Of a stretch of DNA of 64,000 nt, positions 34,850-48,034 are shown in pieces. Position numbers and translations under genes: made by a program. The notes below the pieces were generated by a model. The model was given only the letters and a program-made list of their open reading frames with translations, ran no database searches and was not told the DNA's origin. The stretch lies in assembly GCA_002269645.1 (NCBI GenBank), contig NIVC01001502.1, positions 64,043 through 128,042 of the forward strand, read 5' to 3'. The stretch comes from Macrostomum lignano (taxonomy: Eukaryota). The first letter of the stretch is position 1, and the number at the start of each line of letters is the position of its first letter.

Positions 34850-35460
34850 TTCCATTGCCCAAGGTCACACTCGTCCCCTAGTGTACACCGGGACCATTCC
34901 TTACCCCATCTCTCGCCCAAGGTCACACTCGTCCCCTAGTGTACACCGGGACCATTCCTTACCCCATCTCTCGCCCAAGGTCACACTCGTCCCCCAGTGT
35001 ACACCCGAGACCATTCCCTACCCCTTCCCTTACCCAAGGCCACACTCGTCCCCCAGTGTACACCCGAGACCATTCCCTACCCCTTCCCTTACCCAAGGCC
35101 ACACTCGTCCCCCAGTGTACACCCGAGACCATTCCCTACCCCTTCCCTTACCCAAGGCCACACTTGGCCCGCGGTGTACACCCGAGACAATTCCCTACCC
35201 CTTCCCTTACCCAAGGCCACACTCGGCCCCCAGTGTACACCCGAGACAATTCCCTACCCCTTCCCTTACCCAAGGCCACACTCGGCCCCCAGTGTACACC
35301 CGAGACCATTCCCTACCCCTTCCCTTACCCAAGGCCACACTCGGCCCCCAGTGTACACCCGAGACCATTCCCTACCCTTCCCTTACCCAAGGCCACACTC
35401 GGCCCCCAGTGTACACCCGAGACCATTCCCTACCCCTTCCTTTGCCACACACTCGTCCCC
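34850..35460. repeat. 59-bp minisatellite in the last MPDZ intron
   Basis: Period 59 (ACACCCGAGA at 35001 and 35060). Confidence 0.93.
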
Positions 35461-35472
35461 CAGCGCACGCAC

Positions 35473-35703
35473 CTGAGGCGTGCCCCGGCCTCCGACAATG
35501 CTGAAGCCAAGCATGCCGTGCCGGCTGGAGTTCCTGATCAGCTTAACTGTCAGTCGGCCCGCCAGCTCTTCCCAGCGGCGAAATCTGAGCAGGACCGAGC
35601 CGGCCTGGTCAGTGCCAACGTGCCGGTCGATTAGCTGATTAGCCTCTTCAATTGTCATTCCATCGACTAGATTTTCATTCACGCTAAATAATTCGTCGTC
35701 GGG
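35473..35703 (-). CDS. MPDZ: MPDZ-like exon (end of PDZ12-like, start of PDZ13-like)
   Basis: PDDELFSVNENLVDGMTIEEAN...GMLGFSIVGGRGTPQ; phase 0-0. Confidence 0.87.
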
Positions 35704-35799
35704 CTTAAAATGGAAAATAAAGACGTTTGGTATTGAAACGCCTGTGCTTGAGATATTGAAAGGTTTGGTGCTATAAAATTCTAAAAGTGAAAAATTTAC

Positions 35800-35978
35800 C
35801 CGAATTTTTCCCGACTTGATAGCCGGCCCGTCGTTCTCGAGGTTGCTAACAAAGATGCCCTGATGCGGTGCGGCGCCCTGAGCAGGGGCGTCCAACATGT
35901 GAGACGGCTGCGAGGTGAATTTGATCCCCAGCTCGCTAGCGGATCTGCTTTGCAGGTTCACTTCGTACACGGTGAACG
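35800..35978 (-). CDS. MPDZ: MPDZ-like exon (start of PDZ12-like)
   Basis: FTVYEVNLQSRSASELGIKF...QGIFVSNLENDGPAIKSGKIR; phase 1-0. Confidence 0.84.
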
Positions 35979-36569
35979 CTGCGGGTCGATGGCAGTGATA
36001 GAGGATTCAGTCTAAACGAGACTGCGTGAACTGATGATGACGTCATATTTAGGCTGAAGAATAGACAACAGCTATGCAAATTGTTTCGTACTGTTAATGT
36101 ACGTGTATTGGGACAATATACGCAAGCAGAATAGAAAATTGGGATGAAATAAATTTGGCAAACTAATATAAAAGCATTATGACGCTTTTGTTAATTCTGC
36201 GGAAACCTCAAATTTCTATACTGATAGGCCTATCAAGTTCAAGAAGGCACAAACCGGTTAACTCCAATATAAGAGTCTAAAATTGACAGTTTAAAATGCC
36301 AAACAATATCACGTACACATGACATAATAGGCTATGCGCATTGCAAACCATCATACGAGACTTGTGCACCAAACACATTGATAGATAACAAAAGAAAGTT
36401 ATTGAGAAACTATATATGTACCAAATGTATGAATATATATGTACCAAGTGTATGTACATGTATTTTTGTCTATTATACTAAGGTATTAGTTACAAAAAAT
36501 CAACCAGTCACCGCCTTTTTCTCAAAGGGAAAGAGAATATCACGACTCACAAGTACATAGTCAAATTTT

Positions 36570-36880
36570 TCTCTGCCCCCGATAGTGTACATGCAACCCC
36601 TCCCCTCCTTTCTCTGCCCGGATAGTGTACATGCAACCCCTCCCCTCCTTTCTCTGCCCGGATAGTGTACATGCAACCCCTCCTTTGTCTGCCCCCATCG
36701 TAGGTGTGAAGCGAACTCAATGTACATACATCTATAAGCCTGCCTTCTCTGCCCACGGCTCCAAACCTAACGGGCGCAATGTACATACAACACGTCTCTC
36801 CTTTTCTGCCCCGGTCTAAAAAAGGGGTGTGCAATGTACATACGATTCCTCCTTCCATCCATTTTTCTGCCCCTGCCCAA
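36570..36880. repeat. ~40-bp degenerate tandem repeat
   Basis: TTCTCTGCCCGGATAGTGTACATGCAACCCCTCCCCTCCT, about 3 good plus several decayed copies. Confidence 0.8.
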
Positions 36881-37740
36881 GTCCTTTAACTCCAACTAGA
36901 TAAGGCGAGGCGTACAAAATAAAGAGAGAAATAATGAAAAAACAAGCGATCGATATACTGCAAGCCTAAACAAGCAGATTTTACCGCAACTATAATTTAA
37001 CCAGACTTAATAGCGAACCAGCGACAAACTCGAATTACACGAATTACTTGCGTGTAGTATTATATTAATTAATAACTAAGAAAACCGAGCTTCGATTATT
37101 TAAACCGTGCTACGATAGAATTATTTAACTCAATAGGGCAGTAATATTGATAAAAGTTTCGTCAGTCACAACAATATTGTCCAAACAATAAAATAGATCA
37201 GTTTCTATAGTTCCAGCAGAACTACTAATATAAGATATAAGTGGATAGAAAGAGACAAATGACTGCAACATCTACAAGAATTCTAACCTTTTTTGATTGA
37301 CGGAGAACAGCCAGTCTCAGTCGGTTTCATAGTTTTTTTCGAAATCAAATGAAGAGCCAAAAATCTTTTTTCCTAATTTTTTTAATTTTTTCTAAGCTTT
37401 AATCTAAGACAAATTTAATCATATTGATTGACCAATTGATTGATTGATTGAAAGCAATTCCAGCAAAAATGATTGGCTGTACAGATCGCGAGATTTAGTG
37501 GCCTAGTGATTCGCGAAGTTTTTTAAAATCCACCTGGAGACAAGGAGAAAAATGAATTAAAAGGTAGTAAATAATCAATGTTTTTTATTAATAAATATTT
37601 CCAACTGTATAATACAAACGTACGATATATAAACTATAAACGAGTACAATATCAATTTAAAATTCATCGCAGCATCATGTCTCAGTGTGCCTACTTGAAC
37701 CAGTAGGTCAATCAGCAAATGTTTGATAAAAGCTCGTCAA

Positions 37741-37771
<31 letters not shown>

Positions 37772-37924
37772 CAGGTATTAAATGGTGATAATCAATTATA
37801 TTTATAGTTTTTTTCTGACAAAATATTCTGAATAAAATTCAATAACAGGGTGCATCATGCTAACGCCAGATTTCAACAAAAATCCGAGTAATTTAACGGA
37901 TTTAATTTGTTTAAATGAGCTTAC

Positions 37925-38000
37925 CAGCTTTGCGTTTGGACTTCACCACGCCGACGTGTTTCAGGCGACCAATTAAAAAGCTGACTTTGCCCTGGGAAGA
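37925..38000 (-). CDS. MPDZ: MPDZ-like exon (end of PDZ11-like)
   Basis: tttgcag|TCT; SSQGKVSFLIGRLKHVGVVKSKRKA; donor GTAAGC, phase 0-1. Confidence 0.84.
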
Positions 38001-38069
38001 CTGCAAATTGGCGGCAAATTGGGGCGCTATTTGGTTAATAAATATTTGCTTTGTAATAGGTATCTCAAC

Positions 38070-38310
38070 TGTCTAACCGGTATCTCACCAGTATCTAACC
38101 AGTATCTAACCAGTATCTCACCAGTATCTCACCAGTATCTAACCAGTATCTAACCTGTATCTAACCAGTATCTCACCAGTATCTAACCTGTTGCTCACTT
38201 GTTAAACCGGTGTGTTATCTGTCTAACCGGTATAAAATGTCAAAATTATTTAACCTCCTAACTTGCATGTATCTAACATGGTAACTTCACCAGTCCAACC
38301 GGTATCTCAC
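38070..38310. repeat. 12-bp degenerate minisatellite
   Basis: ACCAGTATCTAA / ACCAGTATCTC. Confidence 0.82.
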
Positions 38311-38322
38311 AATGTCACCCAC

Positions 38323-38439
38323 CTTAAGAATGGTGGCCACCTCGGCGTGAGGCGTCTTTCGCATGTCCCTGCCGTTGACCTCTAGAATCCTGTCTCCCGG
38401 TTGCAGGCGCTTGTCGCTTTCGGCCACGCCGCCTTTGAT
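38323..38439 (-). CDS. MPDZ: MPDZ-like exon (PDZ11-like)
   Basis: IKGGVAESDKRLQPGDRILEVNGRDMRKTPHAEVATILK; phase 0-0. Confidence 0.92.
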
Positions 38440-38619
38440 CTGAAGTTTGTTTTATAATTTTATAAATGCTGCTACTCTCTATTACTGTACACTATTTTTT
38501 AATTAGTAGACTAACTGTGCATGTTTAACCATTTTTGGTCCGACAATAATATGCTTAGAGGCGCAGCTGCCTCGCGGCTTGCGACACCCTAATGCGAAAG
38601 TGACACTTATTTGTATACC

Positions 38620-38820
38620 TCCTGACACATCCTGACATATATGAACAAACATCCTGACAGACAGGTACACACGTCTTGACACTAATGTACACACATCCTG
38701 ACACTAATGTACACACATCCTGACACTAATGTACACACATCCTGACACTAATGTACACACATCCTGACACTAATGTACACACATCCTAATACTAATGTAA
38801 AAACATCCTGACACTAATTT
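38620..38820. repeat. 22-bp minisatellite
   Basis: ACACTAATGTACACACATCCTG. Confidence 0.88.
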
Positions 38821-38970
38821 AAAAACCTTAGACTGCCATGTTTGCGCCACCTAGCATAACTGCATGCTTAGGCGCCACATATAGGTAGCCTAAGCGTTTC
38901 CCCGATATGTATTGAAATAAATATTCCTCACTACGAACAGAAACAGTAAGCCGCAGTGCAGCTAACTCAC

Positions 38971-39279
38971 AATATCGGACACTAGCACGCCTTCGTCATT
39001 GGAGCGGGCCACAATGCTGAACCCGAGCCCCATGCCCTGCTTCCTGGTCAGCTCAATGCGCAGCTTATCGTACAGATCGTCCTCCGTGATCTCCTTGTCG
39101 TCGCGCCAGACTCGAAGCTTCACACGCGGCCCAGCCTGTAAGATAATATTTTTTGCTTCCTCGTGCGTCACGTTAGACAAGTCGCGATCGTCGACGCTGA
39201 GAATCTGGTCGCCGGCCCACAGTCGGCGGTCCTTCCACGCCGCTCCAGTGTCGTAAACTTCGTGAATGACGATCGCGTT
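38971..39279 (-). CDS. MPDZ: MPDZ-like exon (PDZ10-like end, PDZ11-like start)
   Basis: NAIVIHEVYDTGAAWKDRRLWAGDQILSV...GMGLGFSIVARSNDEGVLVSDI; phase 0-0. Confidence 0.93.
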
Positions 39280-39449
39280 CTGCGCGCAGGGACGGCAATG
39301 AAATTCTTATTTAGTCGTTTATAAATTGTTTTTGTCCTTTAATGCAGTAATTTGCTGTTTATACTACTGATGATGTTGACTATCAGTAGCGTAATTAACA
39401 TATCATGCTGGTTTTTGTTTTTTTCTGAATTTTATTCCCGACTTCCTCT

Positions 39450-40130
39450 CGGACAGCATCTTTGGCGCCCCCTCTGCAGCATCTTTGGCGCCCCCTCTGC
39501 AGTAGCTTTGGCGCCCCCTCTGCTGTAGCTTTGGCGCCCCCTCTGCAGCATCTTTGGCGTCCCTCTGCAGTAGCTTTGGCGTCCCTCTGCAGTAGCTTTG
39601 GCGCCCCCTCTGCAGCATCTTTGGCGTCCCTCTGCAGTAGCTTTGGCGCCCCCTCTGCAGTAACCTTGGCGCCCCTTTTGCAGTAGCTTTGGCACCCCCC
39701 TCTGCAGTAGCCTTGGCGCCCCCTCTGCAGCATCTTTGGCGCCCCCTCTGCAGTAGCTTTGGCGCCCCCTCTGCAGTAGCTTTGGCGCCCCCTCTGCTGT
39801 AGCTTTGGCGCCCCCTCTGCAGCATCTTTGGCGCCCCCTCTGCAGTAGCCTTAGCGCCCCCTCTGCTGTAGCTTTGGCGCCCCCTTTGCAGTAACCTTGG
39901 CGCCCCCTCTGCAGTAGCCTTGGCGCCCCCTCTGCAGTAGCTTTGGCGCCCCCTCTGCTGTAGCTTTGGCGCCCCCTCTGCAGCATCTTTGGCGCCCCCT
40001 CTGCAGTAGCCTTGGCGCCCCCTCTGCTGTAGCTTTGGCGCCCCCTTTGCAGTAACCTTGGCGCCCCCTCTGCAGTAGCCTTGGCGCCCCCTCTGCAGTA
40101 GCCTTGGCGCCCCCTCTGCAGTAGCTTTGG
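39450..40130. repeat. 23-bp GC-rich minisatellite (also 42589-42781)
   Basis: TTTGGCGCCCCCTCTGCAGTAGC. Confidence 0.94.
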
Positions 40131-40674
40131 CGATCAATAGAGTAGAGTGATCGGCAGTAAACAGAGTTTTTACTGAAGTTAAAAAACTTGATATTTTGTC
40201 AGAAAATATTAGAAAAATGCATGAGTAATAGGAAAAGAAAATGGATGACGGTCGCAATTACAAGGGATCGAAATGTGCATAGCAATTCTTTCTAATCAGA
40301 CTTTTCTTCAGACAAGAAAGTCAACTTGCCGAGCACAGGGTCTCATGAAGTCCTATGGGAGGCGAATATCTTAATCAGAAGGGAAAGATTAAGGCTCAGG
40401 CTATCTATCACGCATCTGTGCCCCCCCCCCCCTAGCGAGCATGTCATTACTGCGGTACTCGGCACTAATTTACCGCGTTCCCCAGTCCACAGCTGAGACC
40501 GCCCATCCCCCAAGTGGCCCATGCACTCTCCTCTTGATCTGGGGGAGACTAATTATCTATTCGAGAATTAGAAAAGACGGAGGGACAGATGGCTCGGGTA
40601 GATAACAATTAATGAGATTAGGCAGGAAAGATTCATTGGGAAGTCTCCGATTCGCTTTCTGGGAGAGCAAACAC

Positions 40675-42070
40675 TGCCTGTCTCTTAATCCACCTGTCTC
40701 TTAATCCACCTGTCTCTTAATCCATCTGTCTCTTAATCTACCTGTCTCTTAATCCACCTGTCTCTTAATCCACCTGTCTCTTAATCCACCTGTCTCTTAA
40801 TCCACCTGTCTCTTAATCCACCTGTCTCTTAATCCACCTGTCTCTTAACCTACCTGTCTCATAATCCACCTGTCTCTTAACCTGCCTGTCTCTTAACCTA
40901 CCTGCCTCTTAACCTACCTGCCTCTTAACCTACCTGCCTCTTAACCTACCTGTCTCTTAACCTACCTGTCTCTTAATCCACCCGTCTCTTAATCTACCTG
41001 TCTCTTAATCCATCTGTCTCTTAACCTACCTGTCTCTTAATCCATCTGTCTCTTAATCCACCTGTCTCTTAATCCATCTGTCTCTTAATCCACCTGTCTC
41101 TTAACCTACCTGTCTCATAATCCACCTGTCTCTTAACCTGCCTGTCTCTTAACCTACCTGCCTCTTAACCTACCTGCCTCTTAACCTACCTGCCTCTTAA
41201 CCTACCTGTCTCTTAACCTACCTGTCTCTTAATCCACCTGTCTCTTAATCCACCTGTCTCTTAATCCACCTGTCTCTTAATCCACCTGTCTCTTAACCTA
41301 CCTGTCTCATAATCCACCTGTCTCTTAACCTGCCTGTCTCTTAACCTACCTGCCTCTTAACCTACCTGCCTCTTAACCTACCTGCCTCTTAACCTACCTG
41401 TCTCTTAACCTACCTGTCTCTTAATCCACCCGTCTCTTAATCTACCTGTCTCTTAATCCATCTGTCTCTTAACCTACCTGTCTCTTAATCCACCTGTCTC
41501 ATAATCCACCTGTCTCATAATCCACCTGTCTCTTAACCTACCTGTCTCTTAACCTACCTGTCTCTTAACCTACCTGTCTCTTAACCTACCTGTCTCTTAA
41601 CCTACCTGTCTCTTAACCTACCTGTCTCTTAATCCACCTGTCTCATAATCCACCTGTCTCTTAACCTGCCTGTCTCTTAACCTACCTGTCTCTTAACCTA
41701 CCTGTCTCTTAATCCACCTGTCTCATAATCCACCTGTCTCTTAACCTGCCTGTCTCTTAACCTACCTGTCTCTTAATCCACCTGTCTCTTAACCTGCCTG
41801 TCTCTTAACCTACCTGCCTCTTAACCTACCTGCCTCTTAACCTACCTGTCTCTTAACCTACCTTACCTGCCTCTTAACCTACCTGCCTCTTAACCTACCT
41901 GTCTCTTAACCTACCTTACCTGCCTCTTAACCTACCTGCCTCTTAACCTACCTGTCTCTTAACTTACCTGTCTCATAATCCACCTGTATCATAATCAACC
42001 TGTCTCATAATCCACCTGTCTCCTAATCTTGTCTCTTAATCCACCTGTCTCTTAATCTACCTGTTTCTTA
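40675..42070. repeat. 16-bp minisatellite (also ~43325-44610)
   Basis: CCTGTCTCTTAATCCA / CCTGTCTCTTAACCTA. Confidence 0.95.
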
Positions 42071-42530
42071 ATCCCTATGTCTCAACTGGAAATATTTCAG
42101 AATACTGCACTGCAATGCCTGATTGCTGACCGACTCTCTTAATCAGCACTTCCTAAGCTCAGCGAGTGAACCAGGAGAGTCAGAGAGTGTCGGGTTGCCG
42201 TGTAGGGGATGCACATGAGAGTGTTTTTGGGGATGCCATCATGGTGTCTGCCTGAGCTGGTTCCCTCGGCTCTTCAATCAATGCCATTTTCACAGCAATT
42301 TCGAGTGAGACACTTCTGGTACGCCTCGCTTTGCTCCAGTGGCGCTCGCAAACAGCTCTCTCAGCCCGTGTTTCCATAGCAACCAATATAGTAGCTGTTT
42401 AATGAGAGCTGTCCTTTCTAGTCCTATTATTCACGTCACTTCGTTCAATCAGCTCGGGTTTTAGGGTTGTATTGATTCTGGCGAGGGCAGGGACAGACAG
42501 ACAGACAGAGAGACAGAAAGACAGACACAA

Positions 42531-42580
<50 letters not shown>

Positions 42581-45027
42581 ATAGATAGTAGCTTTGGCGC
42601 CCCCTCTGCAGTAGCCTTGGCGCCCCCTCTGCAGCATCTTTGGCGCCCCCTCTGCTGTAGCTTTGGCGCCCCCTCTGCTGTAGCTTTGGCGCCCCCTCTG
42701 CAGTAGCCTTGGCGCCCCCTCTGCAGTAGCCTTGGCGCCCCCTCTGCAGTAGCCTTGGCGCCCCCTCTGCAGTAGCTTTGGCGATCAATAGAGTAGAGTG
42801 ATCGGCAGTAAACAGAGTTTTTACTGAAGTTAAAAAACTTGATATTTTGTCAGAAAATATTAGAAAAATGCATGAGTAATAGGAAAAGAAAATGGATGAC
42901 GGTCGCAATTACAAGGGATCGAAATGTGCATAGCAATTCTTTCTAATCAGACTTTTCTTCAGACAAGAAAGTCAACTTGCCGAGCACAGGGTCTCATGAA
43001 GTCCTATGGGAGGCGAATATCTTAATCAGAAGGGAAAGATTAAGGCTCAGGCTATCTATCACGCATCTGTGCCCCCCCCCCTAGCGAGCATGTCATTACT
43101 GCGGTACTCGGCACTAATTTACCGCGTTCCCCAGTCCACAGCTGAGACCGCCCATCCCCCAAGTGGCCCATGCACTCTCCTCTTGATCTGGGGGAGACTA
43201 ATTATCTATTCGAGAATTAGAAAAGACGGAGGGACAGATGGCTCGGGTAGATAACAATTAATGAGATTAGGCAGGAAAGATTCATTGGGAAGTCTCCGAT
43301 TCGCTTTCTGGGAGAGCAAACACTGCCTGTCTCTTAATCCACCTGTCTCTTAATCCACCTGTCTCTTAATCCATCTGTCTCTTAATCTACCTGTCTCTTA
43401 ATCCACCTGTCTCTTAATCCACCTGTCTCTTAATCCACCTGTCTCTTAATCCACCTGTCTCTTAACCTACCTGTCTCATAATCCACCTGTCTCTTAACCT
43501 GCCTGTCTCTTAACCTACCTGCCTCTTAACCTACCTGCCTCTTAACCTACCTGCCTCTTAACCTACCTGTCTCTTAACCTACCTGTCTCTTAATCCATCT
43601 GTCTCTTAATCCACCTGTCTCTTAATCCATCTGTCTCTTAATCCACCTGTCTCTTAACCTACCTGTCTCATAATCCACCTGTCTCTTAACCTGCCTGTCT
43701 CTTAACCTACCTGCCTCTTAACCTACCTGCCTCTTAACCTACCTGCCTCTTAACCTACCTGTCTCTTAACCTACCTGTCTCTTAATCCACCTGTCTCTTA
43801 ATCCACCTGTCTCTTAATCCACCTGTCTCTTAACCTACCTGTCTCATAATCCACCTGTCTCTTAACCTGCCTGTCTCTTAACCTACCTGCCTCTTAACCT
43901 ACCTGCCTCTTAACCTACCTGCCTCTTAACCTACCTGTCTCTTAACCTACCTGTCTCTTAATCCACCCGTCTCTTAATCTACCTGTCTCTTAATCCATCT
44001 GTCTCTTAACCTACCTGTCTCTTAATCCACCTGTCTCATAATCCACCTGTCTCATAATCCACCTGTCTCTTAACCTACCTGTCTCTTAACCTACCTGTCT
44101 CTTAACCTACCTGTCTCTTAACCTACCTGTCTCTTAACCTACCTGTCTCTTAACCTACCTGTCTCTTAATCCACCTGTCTCATAATCCACCTGTCTCTTA
44201 ACCTGCCTGTCTCTTAACCTACCTGTCTCTTAACCTACCTGTCTCTTAATCCACCTGTCTCATAATCCACCTGTCTCTTAACCTGCCTGTCTCTTAACCT
44301 ACCTGTCTCTTAATCCACCTGTCTCTTAACCTGCCTGTCTCTTAACCTACCTGCCTCTTAACCTACCTGCCTCTTAACCTACCTGTCTCTTAACCTACCT
44401 TACCTGCCTCTTAACCTACCTGCCTCTTAACCTACCTGTCTCTTAACCTACCTTACCTGCCTCTTAACCTACCTGCCTCTTAACCTACCTGTCTCTTAAC
44501 TTACCTGTCTCATAATCCACCTGTATCATAATCAACCTGTCTCATAATCCACCTGTCTCCTAATCTTGTCTCTTAATCCACCTGTCTCTTAATCTACCTG
44601 TTTCTTAATCCCTATGTCTCAACTGGAAATATTTCAGAATACTGCACTGCAATGCCTGATTGCTGACCGACTCTCTTAATCAGCACTTCCTAAGCTCAGC
44701 GAGTGAACCAGGAGAGTCAGAGAGTGTCGGGTTGCCGTGTAGGGGATGCACATGAGAGTGTTTTTGGGGATGCCATCATGGTGTCTGCCTGAGCTGGTTC
44801 CCTCGGCTCTTCAATCAATGCCATTTTCACAGCAATTTCGAGTGAGACACTTCTGGTACGCCTCGCTTTGCTCCAGTGGCGCTCGCAAACAGCTCTCTCA
44901 GCCCGTGTTTCCATAGCAACCAATATAGTAGCTGTTTAATGAGAGCTGTCCTTTCTAGTCCTATTATTCACGTCACTTCGTTCAATCAGCTCGGGTTTTA
45001 GGGTTGTATTGATTCTGGCGAGGGCAG

Positions 45028-45367
<340 letters not shown>

Positions 45368-45819
45368 GCCGTGTGTCCAGCAAATTGCAGTCTGGGCATT
45401 TGGGTCATTCGGGGAGGAACTGTTGCAAAGTCATTCATAGCAACGTCAATATATCAGCGGCTCTCCATTGATCCCAGAGTGTAATTTTGTTTTGAGCTCA
45501 TATTATAGCAAGTTCTCTCATTCCACATGCGGACATGAAAAAGGCAGTCAAATCTTCCGCTGCCACTACAGCCCGCCCTCGGGCGAATCTCGCGCGCATG
45601 ACTTGTTGAGTTGGGCAATATATTTCATATTACAATATGCAGCCTTCGGCTCAGCGTTATAATTCTAACTTAAGCCCGATGAATAAATTAGCAGCTAGAA
45701 GAACTGATGGATTCGCCAAGTTTACTAAGATGACTGCAGGGACTTTCTTGGTGCGCAATGAACTGTGATTGTTCTACAATCTGAATCTGATACACAGCGG
45801 AGTGACAGACAGTGAGCTC

Positions 45820-46295
45820 AAACACGACAGAGACGTCACAGTGAGCTCAAACATGACAGAGACGTCACAGTGAGCTCAAACATGACAGAGACGTCACAGT
45901 GAGCTCAAACACGACAGAGACGTCACAGTGAGCTCAAACACGACAGAGACGTCACAGTGAGCTCAAACACGACAGAGACTCACAGTGAGCTCAAAGACGA
46001 CAGAAACTGTCACAGTGAGCTCAAACACGACAGAGACTGTCACAGTGAACTCAAACATGACAGAGACGTCACACTGAACTCAAACATGACAGAGACGTCA
46101 CACTGAACTCAAACATGACAGAGACGTCACAGTGAACTCAAACATGACAGAGACGTCACAGTGAGCTCAAACATGACAGACGTCACAGTCAACTCAAACA
46201 CGACAGAAACTGTCACAGTGAACTCAAACATGACAGAGACGTCAGAGTCAACTCAAACGCGACAAAGACTCACAGTGAACTCAAACATGACAGAG
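45820..46295. repeat. 29-bp minisatellite
   Basis: GTGAGCTCAAACATGACAGAGACGTCACA. Confidence 0.92.
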
Positions 46296-46483
46296 ATTTT
46301 TGGGATGTCAAGACTTCTATAAATTGTCAATTCAAGTAATCTGTAAACATGGAGTCTGCAGAGTGCAGACTTCTGCAGCTTCGGTCTGTGGCTCAGCAGT
46401 ATAAATGGTAGGGTAGAGATTTCGGTGTTTTATTTTATTCATTTGGGCTAGCGATCGGACAGTCGAAGTCAGCTCCAACTCAC

Positions 46484-46803
46484 CAGTGTGGTATCGCTGC
46501 CGCCAACAATGCTCAGTCCGAGACTACTCGAACCTTTGTCAATCTCAATCGTAGTCTCTTGGCCAGCTACTATTTGACGGGTGGCCGGATTTGCAGAGGA
46601 CGACTGCGCGTCCGACAACTCAGGCGGTTTATTTGAATCCCGCTTGTCCTTGCCGTCCTTCACCATGTGTTGGCCAGCAGATTTTGCAGTCTCGCTGATT
46701 CCCTCCTCCTTGTTCTTAGTAGAATCTCCTTGGCAGTTATTACTAGCCGCTGCTGCTGCTGCTGCTGGTGGTACTGCTGCGGCTCGGGAACTCTTGGCAG
46801 CAG
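46484..46803 (-). CDS. MPDZ: MPDZ-like exon (linker and PDZ10-like start)
   Basis: NPATRQIVAGQETTIEIDKGSSSLGLSIVGGSDTTL; phase 1-0; donor GTGAGT. Confidence 0.9.
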
Positions 46804-48034
46804 CTGTGCAGTGAAAAATGGAAGGAAAAAGTTCTTTTAATAATATATAATACACGGCTTCTATCTTAGTTACACGCGTACAGGAACAACTTTCCTCGGG
46901 CCGGGGGTTGGGGAAGCGAGGATTCTAGAAGAGAATTTAAGGTCTTTAGTAGTTAGGAGAAGAAAGAGATAGAATGCACTGCAGGGCGCAGGAGGGTGGG
47001 GGAGGCTGCGGCAGTGGCGACGGATTGGGAGAGAAAAAAGGGGAGAGAGATTCTGCCTGTTTAGCCCCCCCCCCTCCCAACCCACATACCCCGGCAGAGC
47101 CAAGGCCATCTCAGAAGCAGAGTCTGTCAATAAACAGCCCAGTGGTCCATCGCTCTGTGCTCTGCTGTGCCAGCGGCCAGGCTCGATTCCAAGTGCAGTC
47201 ACAATAATCATTTGGGGCTAAATTGGAATCTTGGCTTGGCTCTGCTCGAGCAATTAACGCCCAGCTTGAGGGCCAACCCTCAAGACATACAGTGAAGTGT
47301 ACATGCCTAACGATAAATAAAGTTAGGGCCGCTGTACACTCCTGTGAGTGTGTGCCTGTGCGTATGACCCCCTGGATATCAGCGCGCTTGTGTGCCTGCT
47401 CAGGGGAGTCGGCGGAATGGGCAGTAATGCCTCTCGCCGTTTGTGCGCCTAAAAGTGCGCCCTGCCTCCGACATCAAATCCATGCGCCGAACCGAATGTC
47501 ATCATTTAAAACGAGACCAATTTAACCAACAAACCAGACGCTAAGCTGAGATTGCTGTTGCAAGTGTAAACTTGCGATTATAGAATACGACGAAGGAAGG
47601 AAGAACTGGCGCACCAGATTCTGGATTCAGAAGTTCTCCTTGGCCCAAGCCTCGTGTTGTGTCTTCCCTTCCCTTCTCTATCCCTCACTCCCTGCCTCTC
47701 CCCGCGTCTGTTAGTTGTAACCCTCCAACTCCCCAACCCATTCGACAAGGGCAGGGCAGAACCACATAGCCTCTGTAGCTACAGGCAGGGTCAGACAGGA
47801 CTGTGAATTTTGTAATGTTATTATACAAGCTGCTGAGAGTGACGCCTCTTGAAAAAGCAGGAAAAAACTGTGCAGAGGAACCTTTAAAGGCCGCGCCGGC
47901 AGGGGAGTGCTGGCCGATTGCCCATGAGAATCGAGAGTCCACGCTTATCCGATGAAAGTCCTCGGACCATGAAACTGAGAGTCCTCGTTCATAAGGATAA
48001 GAGTCCTTGGCTCTCTGGATAAGAATTCTATGAG

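Noticed and set aside
47220-47640. Possible LTR and primer-binding site (AATAAA, then AACTGGCGC)
   Set aside because: No second LTR, no TG...CA boundaries I could fix, no gag/pol remnants.
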